From Chiloscyllium plagiosum (Eukaryota), in NCBI RefSeq assembly GCF_004010195.1, contig NC_057718.1, positions 66,473,351 to 66,537,350 of the forward strand: a stretch of DNA of 64,000 bases, written 5' to 3'. How positions within the stretch are numbered: position 1 is the first letter of the stretch; each line of letters starts with the position of its first letter. Of this stretch, positions 48,635 through 61,345 are shown in pieces. The notes below the pieces were generated by a model. That model saw nothing but the letters and a program-made list of their open reading frames with translations, was not told the origin of the DNA and did no database searches. The translations under genes were made by a program, and so were the position numbers.

Positions 48635-49860
48635 GACAGTCATAATGCATAGACTCTTCAGCCCAACTTGTTTCAACCAAGTTTCCTAAACTGAACTAGT
48701 CCCATTTGCCTGCATTTGGCCCATATCCCTCTGACGTTTCCTATTCATGTACCTGTCCAGATGTCTCTTAAATGTTGTAATTGTACTCACCTCCACTACC
48801 TCTGGTAGTTCATTCCATACATGCACTACCTTCAAAGGAAGACATTGCTCCTCAGGTCCCTTTTAAATCTTTCCCCTCTCACCTTAAACTTATGCCCTCT
48901 AGTTTTGAACTCCCCAACCTTGGAAAAAGACCTTGACTATTCACCTTATCTGTGCCCCTCAAGATTTTATAAACCTCTATAACATCACCTGTCAACCTCC
49001 TACTCTCCAGAGAGCAAAGTCCCAGCCTATCCAACCCCTTCTTATAATTCAAACCATTTCCAGTTTAATAACATCCTTATTTTAGCAGTGTGACCAGAAC
49101 TGTACACACTACTCCAAATGTGGCCTTAACAATATCTTATACAGCAGTAACGTGATGTCCCAACTCCTGTATTCAGTGCTCTGTCTGATGAAGGCAAGCA
49201 TGCCAAATGCCACTTTCATGCTGTCTTAATGTGATGATACATTCAAGGAACTATGTAACAGTACCCCTAAGTTTCTCTGTTGAACAACATTCCCCCAGGC
49301 ACTATTGTTAACTGTGTAGGTCCTACCTTGGTTTGTTTTAACAAAATGCAACACCTCACATTTATCTGAATTAACTTCTATCTGCCATTCCCAAGCCCAC
49401 TGGTCCAGTTCATCAAGATCCTATTGTACTCTTAGATAACCACCTTCACCTTCCGCCATACCACCAACTTTGGTGTCATCTGCAAACTTCATGCCCCTTA
49501 TATTCTCATCCAAATCATTTTACATAAATAACAAGCACCGATAGATTCAGCATTGATCCTTGTGGCATACTGCTAGTCACAGGCCTCCAGTGTGAGCAAC
49601 AGTGCTCTATCACCACCCTCTGTCTCCTACTGTCAAGCCAATTTTGTGTCCGATTGGTTAGCTCTCACGAGATCCCATGTGATCTAACCTTCCTAACTAG
49701 ACTGCCATGTGGAGCCCTGTCAAATGCCTTGCAAAAGTCCATCTACCATTCAGCCGCCTTCTATCTTCTTTGGTCACCTCTTTTTGAAAAGAAAAATCAA
49801 TCAACTTTGTGAGATGCTATTTGCCAGGCACAAAGCCATGCTGACTATTCTGAATCATTG
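48635..49860 (-). mobile_element. CR1 (HER1-like) LINE 3' part
   Basis: Reverse-complement similarity to 24660-25992 (ttggtgtcatctgcaaact encodes KFADDTK on the minus strand). Confidence 0.88.
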
Positions 49861-49899
49861 TAAGCTGTGGAAAGATTGGACCTTGAATCAGGAAAATGT

Positions 49900-50790
49900 G
49901 TCTGGAGAAAGTTTTGGAGCCCTGTTTATAACCAGTGTATTAGGATAGTATGCAGGTAAATTGCTGCTTCACCTGGAAGATGTATCTGGGGTCTTGTATA
50001 GTGATGAGGGAGGAAACAAACAAGTAGGTATTACACCTTATCCAATTCACAGGAAGGTGCTGTGGGGGTGTGAGGTGGTGTTGGGAATGAATTAGGAGTG
50101 GACCGAGATGGAGGGAATGGTCCTTCAGAAGGCTAATAATGGAGGAGAAAGGAATATGTATCTGGTTGTGGCGGCATCCTGATGAAAGTAACAGAAATGA
50201 TAGTTAATGATGCTTTGGATGTGAATGGTAGTGGGGTGGTAAGTGAGGATGAGGGGAACCCTATTGCTGTTGTGGGAGAGAAGAGGGGATGGGGGGGGGG
50301 TGAGGACCGAAGTGCAAAATGGGTCAGACGTGAGGGCCCTGTCAACTACTGTGATGGGGAATTCTCCTGAGAAAGGAGGTTTTGGAGGTACACTTCTAGA
50401 AGCTGGCATCATTGGAACAGATGTGATGGAGACGGAGAAAGGGAAGTACTGTAGGATGTAAGGATGTACAGTTGAGGTAACTGGAAATCGATTGGATTGT
50501 AGTGAACATTGGTGGCCAACTATTCCCAGAAATGGAAACACAAATGTCAAGAAAGGAAAGGGTGGAGTCAGAGATGGACCAGATGATGGTGAGAGCATGG
50601 TGAAAAGTGGAAATGAAATTGATCAACCTTTCCATTTCTGGATGCAAGATGGAAGCAGCACCGATGATATCATTGATGTACTAGAGAAAGTTGTGGGTGG
50701 GGGCCAGAGTAGGACTGGAACAAGGAATGTCCTTCATTCTCCACAGAGAGACAGGCATAACTGGGGCCCATTTGGGGACCCATGACCACC
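49900..50790 (-). mobile_element. Decayed Neptune-type Penelope fragment (RT region)
   Basis: Peptides FINFISTFHHALTIIWSISDSTLSFLDICV and NRVPLILTYHPT. Confidence 0.8.
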
Positions 50791-51649
50791 CCTGAAACTA
50801 CATAAGTAGTCAGCAGCATGATGGATGTGAGAGAGAAGGGACTGGGCTGCGCTGATTCTTCATTGCAGCTTAAAGGCTGAAAGCAAAGCTGGTCACGAAC
50901 AGATATTCTGACATGTATTAATGGCTTTTCTATCTGTCTTCAAGATTTATAGGAAAACAATTGTGTATTATTAGTCTTTGAAACTGTACTACAATTACTT
51001 AAAGTTTGCTGTTCTAATAACATTGATCCTTATTGTTTTCACATGAAATGAGCTGCAGTATGCCAGTCTGAAACATAAAATTAAAGTGGAATGAGAAATG
51101 TATTAACCTTTCCTCTCTCTGTAAATCAGCATTGATAGCAATTATGCTGTAGAGTTTGATGTGGTGTTATGGAGTTCATTTATAGGTCAGTCTTTTCTAA
51201 TTGCCATTCATGAAACAGCACGGGAAGACAGCAGGTGTTAAATAGACAGAACTAATTTCAGAACTAGCAGCGTCTTCACACTTACTTTTTTTTCTTTTTT
51301 AAGTCGTAAGTATTTTGATACTCATTGATATTTGGCAATGTGCTTTGATATAAATATGTTCTAGTAGATTAGTTACAAATATTGGAACTGCTTACACTTG
51401 GTCTTTAATTCAAACCTTTAACCAAGCTTTTGGCAGTTGTTTCGATTCTATGCCATTTTCACCTTTCCTTAGCTTCATGCCTACCTTCGACCTACTCTCC
51501 TAGACCTATTCCCATTAAATTATTAATGATGCAACTTTCCTTGTTTACACAAGCTGATGTTGCAAATGGCTCCCTCTGTCAAGTTGTGCTTCTCTCCTTT
51601 TTAACTTGTATTAAATCTTGCTAATTTTGATTACAGCCTTCTCTTAAAC

Positions 51650-52420
51650 TGCTACTCTGGTGTCCCATGGAATGGATCTGATACCATTCTCAACTGTTCA
51701 GCCCTAGGCAGGGGAAGTATCTGCAATGGCATCTCTTGTCACCCTTCCATATTGCCTCTGGTGTCCTCCAAAGGTCTGTCCTTTTCCCTCTGCTCCTATT
51801 CCCTATTTACGTACTGGCTGCCTCTCCGTTAAACATCATCCAGTCACATTCCACATAGGCACTTGCTCCCAGTTCTCCCTCCTACCACTTCGATCTTGAC
51901 TCATGCCACATTTGGCAGTGGATTTCCAGAACTGGGAATGTTGTAATTTTCTCTAAATAAACATTAGGAAGATTAAACTCATTGCCTTTGGTCCTCAACA
52001 GAAACACAATCCCCCCTCGCTACTCATTCCATCTCATACTCCAATCTCAGTCTCTGGCTATATAAGACTACATCCTCAATTCATATGATACCTTTACATG
52101 AGCTTCCAACCCATATTGTGCTTATCACAAAAGCTGTCTACTCCAAAACCTACGGCTACCTGACCTCAGCTTGACTGCTTATGAAACTTCCACCTATGTC
52201 CTTTGTTATCTTCTATCTTCACAATTTCAATGCCTTCCAATCATTCATAAATATGAACTCATCCAAAACTGCCTGTTTCCTTAATGACAGCAAGTTACAC
52301 GCCACCATCACTCCTGAGTTTGCTGACTTATTTCGGCTCTTGATCAGTTGATACTTGAAATTAAACAATCTGCATTAAAATCTCTCTGCAACCTCTATCC
52401 ACTCACTCATTACAGACACA
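51650..52420 (+). mobile_element. Very old L2 LINE fragment
   Basis: tctggtgtcctccaaaggtctgtcctt (SGVPQGSVL-like) and similarity to 6790-7610. Confidence 0.55.
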
Positions 52421-52939
52421 ATCCCCAGTAACATGTAAACTCTCCCTAAACTCCCACATTCAATATGGAGAGCCCCAACTAAGGGCCACTTTTGCTTCTT
52501 TCAGTCTATAGATCCAGAAAATAACACTGTCTTATTCCTCTAGCAAACACTGCTCCAGGCTAACATAATACTTATGGCTTATATTTTTAAGTTTAATCAA
52601 GAGACATGTCTCAAATAAAATGCATAATCCAAATAGAACTCACTTTTGTCGATTTACAGCAAGGCTATACTTAAAACTATTCACGTATCTGTTTCTATGC
52701 TGTGTCCTTTCCCAAACAGGTTCCTTCCAAGATCAGTTGTGAATTTCACAGTTCTTTTCAAACAGCCAACTCAAGCTTTTTGCTTTGCTTGTTCTTGCGA
52801 GTGAGAATGTCATCGACAAGGTCAACATTTGTTTCCTCTCTCTCGTTTTTCTCAAGTAGTTGGTGGTTGTTGAAGCTTTGGGAGATGACCACGCCTAGTC
52901 TCTCATTGTATTTGTCACCTGTATTGCTATTTGATACTG

Positions 52940-55930
52940 AATAGAAGGCAGTCATAGAGGTCCATTGACCCATTGTGTCCTTGCCAGTCATCAAACACCT
53001 ATCTTCTCTCATCCCATTTTCCATAGTTAGCCCATAGCCTTGCGTGAGATTTCAGTTCAAGTATTCATTTAAATACTTATTAAATTGTGAGGGTTCCTAC
53101 CTACTCCATCCTTTCAGACAGTGAATTCCGGATGTTTCCCCCATTCTGCTCAAATCCTCTATGTGAAACATTTTTCTGTCAAAGCCCCTGTCCCCTTACT
53201 GTAAATATGTTGTTGCTGGCTCACTCTCCCTAAATGGGAAATGTTTCTTCTCATCTACTCTCTTTGCTGCTCACAATTTTGCACGCTTCAACCCAGTTGT
53301 CCCTAACTCCCGTCGCCTTCTCTGCTATAAGGTAAGGAGTTTTAGCATATCTAGTCTTTCTCCATCACTGAAATGCTCCAGTCCAGGCACTATCCTAGTG
53401 AATCTCCTCTGCACCCTTCAACTCAATCACAACCAGCCGATAGAGCAATACTCAGAATATAACAAACTATTCCACCTCTGGCCTAACTAATGTTATCTTT
53501 ACTTCCACCATAACCACTCGCATCTTAATCAACGCTACCAATTTAGCTGTCTTCCAGTCCTCCTGGTACCTAATCTGTGGCCTGAGAGAATTTGAAAATT
53601 AAGGTTAGGGCTTCTGGAGTTTCTTCCATGTACCCCAAATTGCTGTGGGAGACATTTCATCTCGGGCTGGATATTTATCCACTTTTAAGCATGCTAAAAT
53701 TGCTTATATCATCTTCTTGATGCTAGATGATCCTTCTCTCTTGTGAACGCAGATGCAGTGTACTCATTTAAACCTCACCTAAGTCTTCCAGCTGAACACG
53801 CACACGGCCACTTTTTATCCCAAATGTTTTCTGTTACCCTCTTGACCCTACTTATAAAACATCTTTCAATTTTTCTTTATTTTACCTGCCAGTGTTTCTT
53901 TGCTCTCTAATTTGTTTTTTTAATGAACTCTTACACTTTTCTATACTCCGCTGATTTGAGCCCACAGTATCTGGCATAAGCTTTCCTTTTTACTTTTCTA
54001 ATTCCGAAGATCCCTTGACATCCAGGGTTCCTGGCACTTATTAGTACCACCTTTACAGGGTCATGTTAGCCCTATCCTCTCTGTTTCCTCTTGGAATAAC
54101 TCACACTCCTTTATAGATTTACTTACAAGTAGCTTCTAGTCCACTTTGGACAGACACAGTCTTATTGCAATCAGCTTTCCTCTATCTTTGTTCTTTTCCA
54201 TAACTATCTGAAATCATAATAAGTTATGATCACTATTATAGAAATGCTCCCACACTATGACTTCTACCACTTGCCTGACTAATTTCCCTAAAACTGGGAT
54301 TTTCTACATGCTGGCTTAAAAAAGTTCTCCTCAATATATTTTAAGAATTCCATCTCTTTCCCCTCTCCCCAGGCCCACAACTGTTTCTCTCTCTCAGTTT
54401 AAAATGGGGAAATTGAAACCCCCTAGTGTTGTTGTATTATTTTTATACTTTTGAGATTTGCTGACATCTGTTGTTTCTCTGCATGACTGCCAGGGTGTAT
54501 ACAGTACACTGAGCAATAAGATTGCCCTCTTTGTTTTTAAGACTGAGCCACATGGCTGCCTTTTGAGCAACTTTTCAAAGGTATGCTCCCTCCTTATTGT
54601 ACCAATTGACTCCTTGATCAATATTGTAACACCATTTCAGGCAGCATGGTGGCTCAGTGATTAGCACTGCTGCCTCACAGCGCCAGGGACCTGGGTTTGA
54701 ATCCAGCCTCCGGCAACTGTCTGTGTGGAGTTTGCACATTCTCCCTGTGTCTACGTGGGTTTCCTCCCACAATCCAATGATTGCAGGTTAGGAGAATCAG
54801 CCATGCTAAATTGCCGGTAGTATTTAGCGATGTGTAGGTTAGGTGGATTAGCCAGGCTTAAATATGGGATAATAGGGTAGGGGAATGGGTCTGGGTGCGT
54901 TACTCTTCAGGGGGTCAGCGTGAACATGTTGGGCTAAAGGGCCTGTTTCCACGCTGTAGGGATTCTGTGATTTCAACCTTTGCCACCATCCCGGTTGCCC
55001 CATCTGGCCTGAAGATTCTATACCCTGGAATGGTCCTGCTCTTCCCTTATCCATGCCTCATTGATAGCCATGACATCATATTTCCATGTATTAATCAACA
55101 CCCTTACTGTACCCATACTTGCAAGACTGCTTGTGTTAAACTGAATGTCATCTGGTCATGCCTTGCTCCTCTGTGTCTTAATTTAGCTATATGCACTGCC
55201 TGCCACACTTGGTCTTTCTTTTGAACTTGTCTGTGCATCTCCCATAGTGTTTCCCTACTTCATATCCCAACCATTTGTTAAATTGGTCTAAACTTCACAT
55301 GCAACTTATTGGACTTGTACAGGTCCACCTTCCTCAGAAAAAGATCCAGTAAACCAGGAATCTAAAGCTGTCCCTCCTGCACCCCTCTTCAGACTCGCAT
55401 ATTCAACTGCTCTATCTGTGTATTCCTGTACTCACTAGTATGTTGGTTTTGGAGGTCCTGCTTTTCAATCTGCTGCCGAGCTTCCAAAATTCTTGTTGTA
55501 GAACCTCATTTCTCTTTCTACCTATATCATCGGTTCCACATATCACTATCTCTGGCTGTTTACCTGCCTGCTTCAGTCTGCTTTACAGCTGTTCAGGGTC
55601 ACCCTTGACCCTGGCCCCAGAAATGCATTGTGCCATCCTGGAGTCACAGCTGCATCAGCAGAAAAGCTTGTCTGTATCCCTCATTATTCCATCTCCTACC
55701 ATTATTGCTGCCCCTCTTCTTCTATTCCCTTGTGCAGCTAGTGTCTATTATTGCTCTCATTGTTTTCCGAGACTCACACGTCCTTGAGTGAGATACACTC
55801 GGGTTTTCCTGACTACCTGCTTGCCTTCCTCCTCCTAACTGGTGGTCACTCAATGACTGCTCTTTCTTTTATTGTGGGGTGACCGCACATAAAATTGAGC
55901 TGTCTTCATAACTCTCAGCCTCATTCGGCT
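52940..55930 (-). mobile_element. Fragmented old CR1 LINE(s) (3' UTR, endonuclease, ORF1 remnants) with an HE1 insertion
   Basis: CR1 3' UTR pattern at 52940-53500, peptide LGGFNFP, and reverse similarity of 55200-55930 to the CR1 ORF1 at 57250-58050. Confidence 0.6.
54640..54972 (+). mobile_element. HE1-like SINE
   Basis: ggcagcatggtggctcagtgattagcactgctgcctcacagcgccagggacctgggtttgaatcc...gggcctgtttccacgctgtagggattctgtga. Confidence 0.9.
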
Positions 55931-56647
55931 CTGAACAAGAAGCTGACTTGAAACAGTTGCTGCTGAGTTTCTCTAGAATTTTATGTTCCAGATTTTGCTC
56001 TTATTTGAAAATTCTTTGCAGACTCTTTTGTTAATCCAATATCTTATTTGGAGCATCCTTTAATCTCTTGGATATCCTATGCAGAGGAACAGCACTTTGC
56101 TAACTCAGGTAATTGCCCGATAACATCTGGTGGACATGTAAATTTGTGCAGCTGCTTCTTTGAGTCAAGTCCTTTCTACTTTATGGTGTCCTGGCTTTCT
56201 GGATCAAGCCATATATTTCTAATTGGGAGAGGTAGTCTTTTCTTTTTGCGGTATCTTCGATATTTACACCAGATAGTTGTTTCTTCTCGATCACGTCCTG
56301 GATCTGTGGACACTGGTCTGGCTACTATGGAGTGACATGTATCTTATGTCCTTCTGCTTTCAGTGATGACAGGAGTGTTCTTCATATTTGACAATGTTAG
56401 TATAATTACAGATTTTACAATGTGATAGGCGATCTTTAATCCCTTTGAGATCTCTTATCACCACACCACTGAAGGAGCCCTGGTTGTATACCTTAGCAAT
56501 GCATAAGTGGCCTGGTGTATTCTTCTCAGTACAACTTCTGGAAGAGAAGCTGGAATAACTAGTCTTCTGTCATATGCTAGTCTGTGATTATGAATTTCGG
56601 TTAATGCTCAATACGTGTTCTGGGCCACCTTGCTAGGTATTTGTTTG

Positions 56648-56755
56648 GGAGAAAGTGAGGACTGCAAATGCTGGAGGGCAGAGTCAAAGAAGTGTGGTGC
56701 TGGAAAAGCACAGCTGGTCAGGCAGCATCCGAGGAGCAGGAGAGTTGATGATTTC
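56648..56755 (-). mobile_element. Short Penelope-terminus fragment (downstream-of-hammerhead part plus tail)
   Basis: Reverse complement of the ctcctgctcctcggatgctgcctgacc...ctccagcat.tgcagtcctcactttctcc module. Confidence 0.75.
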
Positions 56756-57249
56756 TCTTGGCTATTTTCTTAGCATGTGAAATATTTTGTTTAGGCCATC
56801 AGTGGTAACCTCAGCAGATTCTTCCTTTTTTGGGTTGTGCCACGAGTCTAGGAAGTTCAGTGAAATCTTTTTCTGGGTCTGCCTTAACTGGTCAACAATA
56901 GTTTGTTTCTGGACTAGTGATCCAACAGTTGTTTGTTTCTAGGCCAGTTGTTCTTTGAAATAGTTTTGCTTTCCTAATGAATTTGAAATAGTGACATGCA
57001 TGCAGATTCAAGTGAAGCTGGTTATTGGTGAACTATGTAAACATCATCAACTCTTTCCCCTCCTACATTATCATATGTCTAACTGTGTCCTGTTTCTGCA
57101 CTTTGTATTCTGTGCTACTTGCAAGGTCTTTCTGCTCATTAGAGAGAAATTACATAGTTTTCCCATCAGTTTTAATGCTCAAAATTGTGGCTAACTAATT
57201 GGGTATTCCTGCTTTATGCAAATAAGATGGTGTTTCCCTCCAACTCCAG

Positions 57250-59685
57250 CTCCTCTGAAACTGTTACAGAGCTGGAGCTGGATGAACTTTGGATCCTTCT
57301 GGAGACTGAGGGGTTAATTGAGAGGAGTTACAGGGAGGTAGTCACACCTCGGGTATAGGAAAATGTAGATGGGTTACAGTCAGGGGTTGGAAAGGGAACA
57401 GGCAGACAGTGCAGTGATCCCCTGTGGCCGTTCCCTCAATAATAAGCATACTGTTTTGGATATTTTTTGTTGGGGGTGGGGGGGTGGAATAACCTACCAG
57501 GGGTTCCGTGGCTCAGAGGGGAAGAACAGAAAAGCACTAATGGTCAGAGATTCAATAGTTAGAGGAACGGACGGGAGGTTCTAAGGTCTGAATGGGACTC
57601 CTGGAAGGTCTGTTGCCTCTGAGGTGCCAGGGTCCAGGATGTCTCTGATCAAGTTTACAAGATTTTGAAGGGGGAGGGTGAGCAGCCAGAAGTCGTAGCA
57701 CACATTGGCACCAATTACATAGCCAGAAAAAAGGGATGAGGATCAAAACGTGATTTCAGGAAGTTAGATTGTAAGCTAAAAAACAGGACGAGCAAAATAG
57801 TAATCTCAGGATTACTACCGGTGCTACGTGCTAGCGAGGTGAGGAACAAGGAGTGAGTGTAGCTAAGCATGTAGCTACAGGGCTGGTGCAGCAGGGAGGG
57901 CTTCAGATGCGTAGATCATTGGGGTACCTTCTGGGGAAGGTGGGAGCTGTACATGAAGTACAGGTTGCACTTAAACTGGAGAGGCACCAATGTCCTGGGC
58001 GGGAGCTTTGCTAGGGCACTTTGCTAGGGCACTTTGGGAGGGTTTAAACTAGTTTGGCAGGGGGTTGGGAACCAGAAAGTCTGCCAGGAATGCAGAGGGA
58101 CTGTCGGGAAGGATACAGAGTTGATAGGACAAAGGGATGGGTTAAGATGTGTCTGTTTCAATGTAAGGAGTGTCAGGAATAAGAGTGATGAATTTAGAGT
58201 AGAGATCAGTACTTGGAACTATGATGTTGTGGCCATAATGGAGACATAGATTTCACAGGGGCAGGAATGGTTGCTGGATGTTCCAGGGTTTAGATCTTTT
58301 AAAAAGAATAGAGAGGGGGGTAAAAGAGGAGGGGGGAGTAGCATTGTTAGAGTGTATTACAGCTGCAGAAAAGGAGATTACTGAGGAGGATTTGTCTACT
58401 GAGTCATATAGGTGGAAATCAGTAACAGGAAAGACGCAGTCACTTTATTGGGTGTTTTCTATAGACCCCCCTCCAATAGCAGCAGAGAGATGGAAGAACA
58501 GATTGGACAGCAGATCTTGGAAAGGTGCAGATGTTATGGGTGATTTCAACTTATCCAATAATTGGAAACTCCCTAGTGCAGAAGGTCTGAATAGAGCCAA
58601 TTTTTCAGGTGTGTCTGGAAGATTCCTGACTCAATATGTAGATTGGCCTCCCCCCTTAGTCGGCCTTATTGGATTTGGTGCAAGGCAACGAGCCAGCCCA
58701 GGTGTCAGATCCCTCAGTGGGAGAGCATTTCAGTGACTGCCTCACCTTTACCATAGCCATGGAGAGGGATAGGAAGATATTTAAATGGGGGAGGAGAAAT
58801 TATACTGCTATTGAACATGAGCTGTGGAGTATAAATTGGGAACAATTGTTCTACGGGAAATGCACAACACAAATGTGGTGGAGGCTTTTTAAGGAGCACT
58901 AGTTGTGAGTGTTGGATAAGGAATGGTAAGGTGAAGGAGCCTTGGATGACAAGAGAAGAGGAGCTTCTCATCAAGTGGAAGAAGGAAGCTTAAGGTTGAG
59001 GAAGCAAGGATCTGGAACAGCTTTAGAGGATGACAGGATAGCTCAAAAATAACTCAAAACTGGCCTGAGGAGAGCTAGGAGGGGGCATGAAAAAGCCTTT
59101 GCAGGAACGATTAAGGAAAACCCAAAGGCATCCTAACACTTCCGTGAAGAAGAGGAGAAGGATCAGAGAGATGGTAGGTCCTATCAGGGATAGTGGAGTC
59201 AGTAGAGGTAGGGGAGGCCCTAAATGAGTTTTTTGCTTCAGTATTCACTAGAGCGAGGGACCTTGTTGATAGGCATGAACAACTTGATATTAAGGAATTG
59301 AATGTGCTGGAGATTCTGGGAAGCATCAAGATAAATAAATCCCCAGGGTTGGACCAAATATATCCAATGTGAAGCGAGAAATGAGATTGCTGCGCCTCTG
59401 GCAATGATCTTTGCTTCCTCATTCTCCATGGGAGTAGTACCAGATGATTGGAGGGAGGTGAATGTTGTTCCTCTGTTCAAGAAAGGGAATAGGGAAATCC
59501 CTGGGAATTACAGAGCAGTCAGTCTTACGTCTATGGTAAGCAAGGTACTGGAAAGGATTCTGAGAGATAGAATTTATGACTACTTGGAAAACCATAGTTT
59601 GATTAAAGATAGTCAGCATGGCTTTATGAGGGGAAGGTCATGCCTCACAAGCCTTATTGAGTTCTTTGAGGATGTGACAAGTTGG
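57250..59685 (+). mobile_element. CR1 LINE 5'/middle part: ORF1 (SGNH-esterase-like), ORF2 endonuclease and start of RT, decayed
   Basis: Peptides DSIVRGTD (ORF1), FNVRSVRNK...YDVVAIMET, MGDFN and VPDDWREVNVVPLFKKG...NYRAVSLTS...QHGFMRGRSCLTSLIEFF. Confidence 0.9.
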
Positions 59686-59689
59686 TGAA

Positions 59690-60160
59690 AGTCGAGAAGG
59701 GAGATCCAGAGCTTTGAACTAGTGGTAGTGAAGGAACAGTGATACATTTTCACTTAAGAACGGTGGTGATTTGGGAGAACACTTGCAACTGATGTTCCTA
59801 TACGTGTTCTCACGAGCCTGAGTGATTGAGATTTGAGGTTTGGAAGATGATTTGGCAAGTTGTTGCGCATCTTTTAGTGTGTACTTCTGACTCTGTGTGC
59901 CGGGTGTTGTTTAAGGTGGTGGATAGGCGTGCTGGTTAAATTGTTAGTTTTGTTTTGGAAGATGGCAAGCTTCTTAAATTGTTAGAGCTACATTCATCAA
60001 GGCAAATGAGCATACTCCATCACATTCCTGATTTTTACTCTGTAGATAATGGGCATACTTTGGTTACTCAGGAGGTGAGTTACTAACCATAGACTTTCCA
60101 ACTGTTAATCTGCTGTTGTAACCACAGTTTCTGTATGACTGGTCCAGTTAAGTGTCTGCT
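59690..60160 (-). mobile_element. Decayed LINE 3' fragment of the 43410-44145 family
   Basis: ggcaaatgagcatactccatcacattcctgatt...gtagataat...aggtgagttact reverse-matches ~43590-43690. Confidence 0.55.
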
Positions 60161-60384
60161 CATTGTTTTACTGCTTTAAGTCACCATCTCTTAAAAGAGA
60201 CAATTCTGTATGTAGCAACAATCTGCAATACTCTACCTAATTGATTATTCTTCGTGGTAATCCTGGACATCAACTTCTGCTATGCCTGTATTTGTTGCAT
60301 TTACTACTCGGTAACTGAGCTTTATATGTAATACAACAACAATAAGGGCCCTAGTACAAACCTGTAGCTCATTCCCGTTCAATG

Positions 60385-60525
60385 ATTAGAGAATCCCTAC
60401 TGTGAGGAAGCAGGCCATTTGGTCCATCGAGCCCACATCAACCCTCTGAAGAGCATCCCCCCCTCCATCCAGACCTATCTACCCACCCAGCACATCCCTG
60501 GACACTATGGGTAATTTAGCAATGA
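60385..60525 (-). mobile_element. HE1-like SINE 3' fragment
   Basis: agaatccctactgtgaggaagcaggccattt...gggtaatttagca. Confidence 0.65.
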
Positions 60526-60694
60526 TATTCTCCGTAAAGTATTCGCAATGCCTACCATTCTAATTAATAAGTACAATTATGAGACTAGTCTTTAATAACA
60601 AATGTAGACTTTGTTTTCAAGCATACATCTGCTCTCTGAGGCTAAGTTGATGGTCTTGTTGGAGACTTGTAAATATCTGTTGTCCTTTACTCTT

Positions 60695-61345
60695 TCTTGG
60701 AATGTGGGATGCCAATAAATTCAACATTTTTGTTGATCCCTAATTGCCCTTTGGACTGAATGACTTGCTAGGCCTTTTCAGAAGACAGATAAGAATCGAT
60801 CACATTGCTCTGGATGTAGAGTCAATGTCAGCAAAAATGGTTTGGCTGACAGATTTCCTTCCCTAAAACACATCAGTGAAACAGATTAGCTTTCAGAACA
60901 ATTGATTGTTTCATGGTCACCATTACTGAAACTAGCTTGCAATATAGTTTTAAAGTGAGGGGCAGGAGGTTTAAAGGGGATGTGAGGAATTCCTTTTCAA
61001 CCAGAGGACGGGGGTGAATCTGAAACACTCTGCCTGTAAGGGTGATAGAGGCACAAAGCCTCAGAACATTCAAGTATTTAGATATACACTTGTGATACCA
61101 AGGCATTCAAAACAATGAACAAAGTAAACAAAAATGAGATTGTAATAGGTTTTTTTTGACTGGCATAGACTTGATGGTCCAAAGGGTCTTTTTCAGTTCT
61201 GAAGACCTCTGCCTCTAAATTTTAGATTGACTAGTTGAATTTAAATTCCACCAGCTGTCATGTTGGAATTGAACCTATTGTCCCTAGAGAATTAGCCTCA
61301 GCTTCTAGTTCACTGGACCTGTGATAGTACCACTGTCACCATCCC
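60695..61345 (-). mobile_element. tRNA-headed bipartite SINE (9400-9752 family) interrupted by a plus-strand CR1 3' fragment (~60945-61215)
   Basis: gatccctaattgccctt...cacattgct...ttccttccctaaa...catggtcaccatt and aaattccaccagctg...gaacctattgtccctaga flank a CR1 3' end. Confidence 0.6.

Noticed and set aside
55928..55990. Possible additional hammerhead remnant (ctgaacaagaagctgacttgaaac)
   Set aside because: Too degenerate to call.
57250..59685. Intact or active CR1 element
   Set aside because: It has multiple stops and frameshifts and is 3'-truncated.
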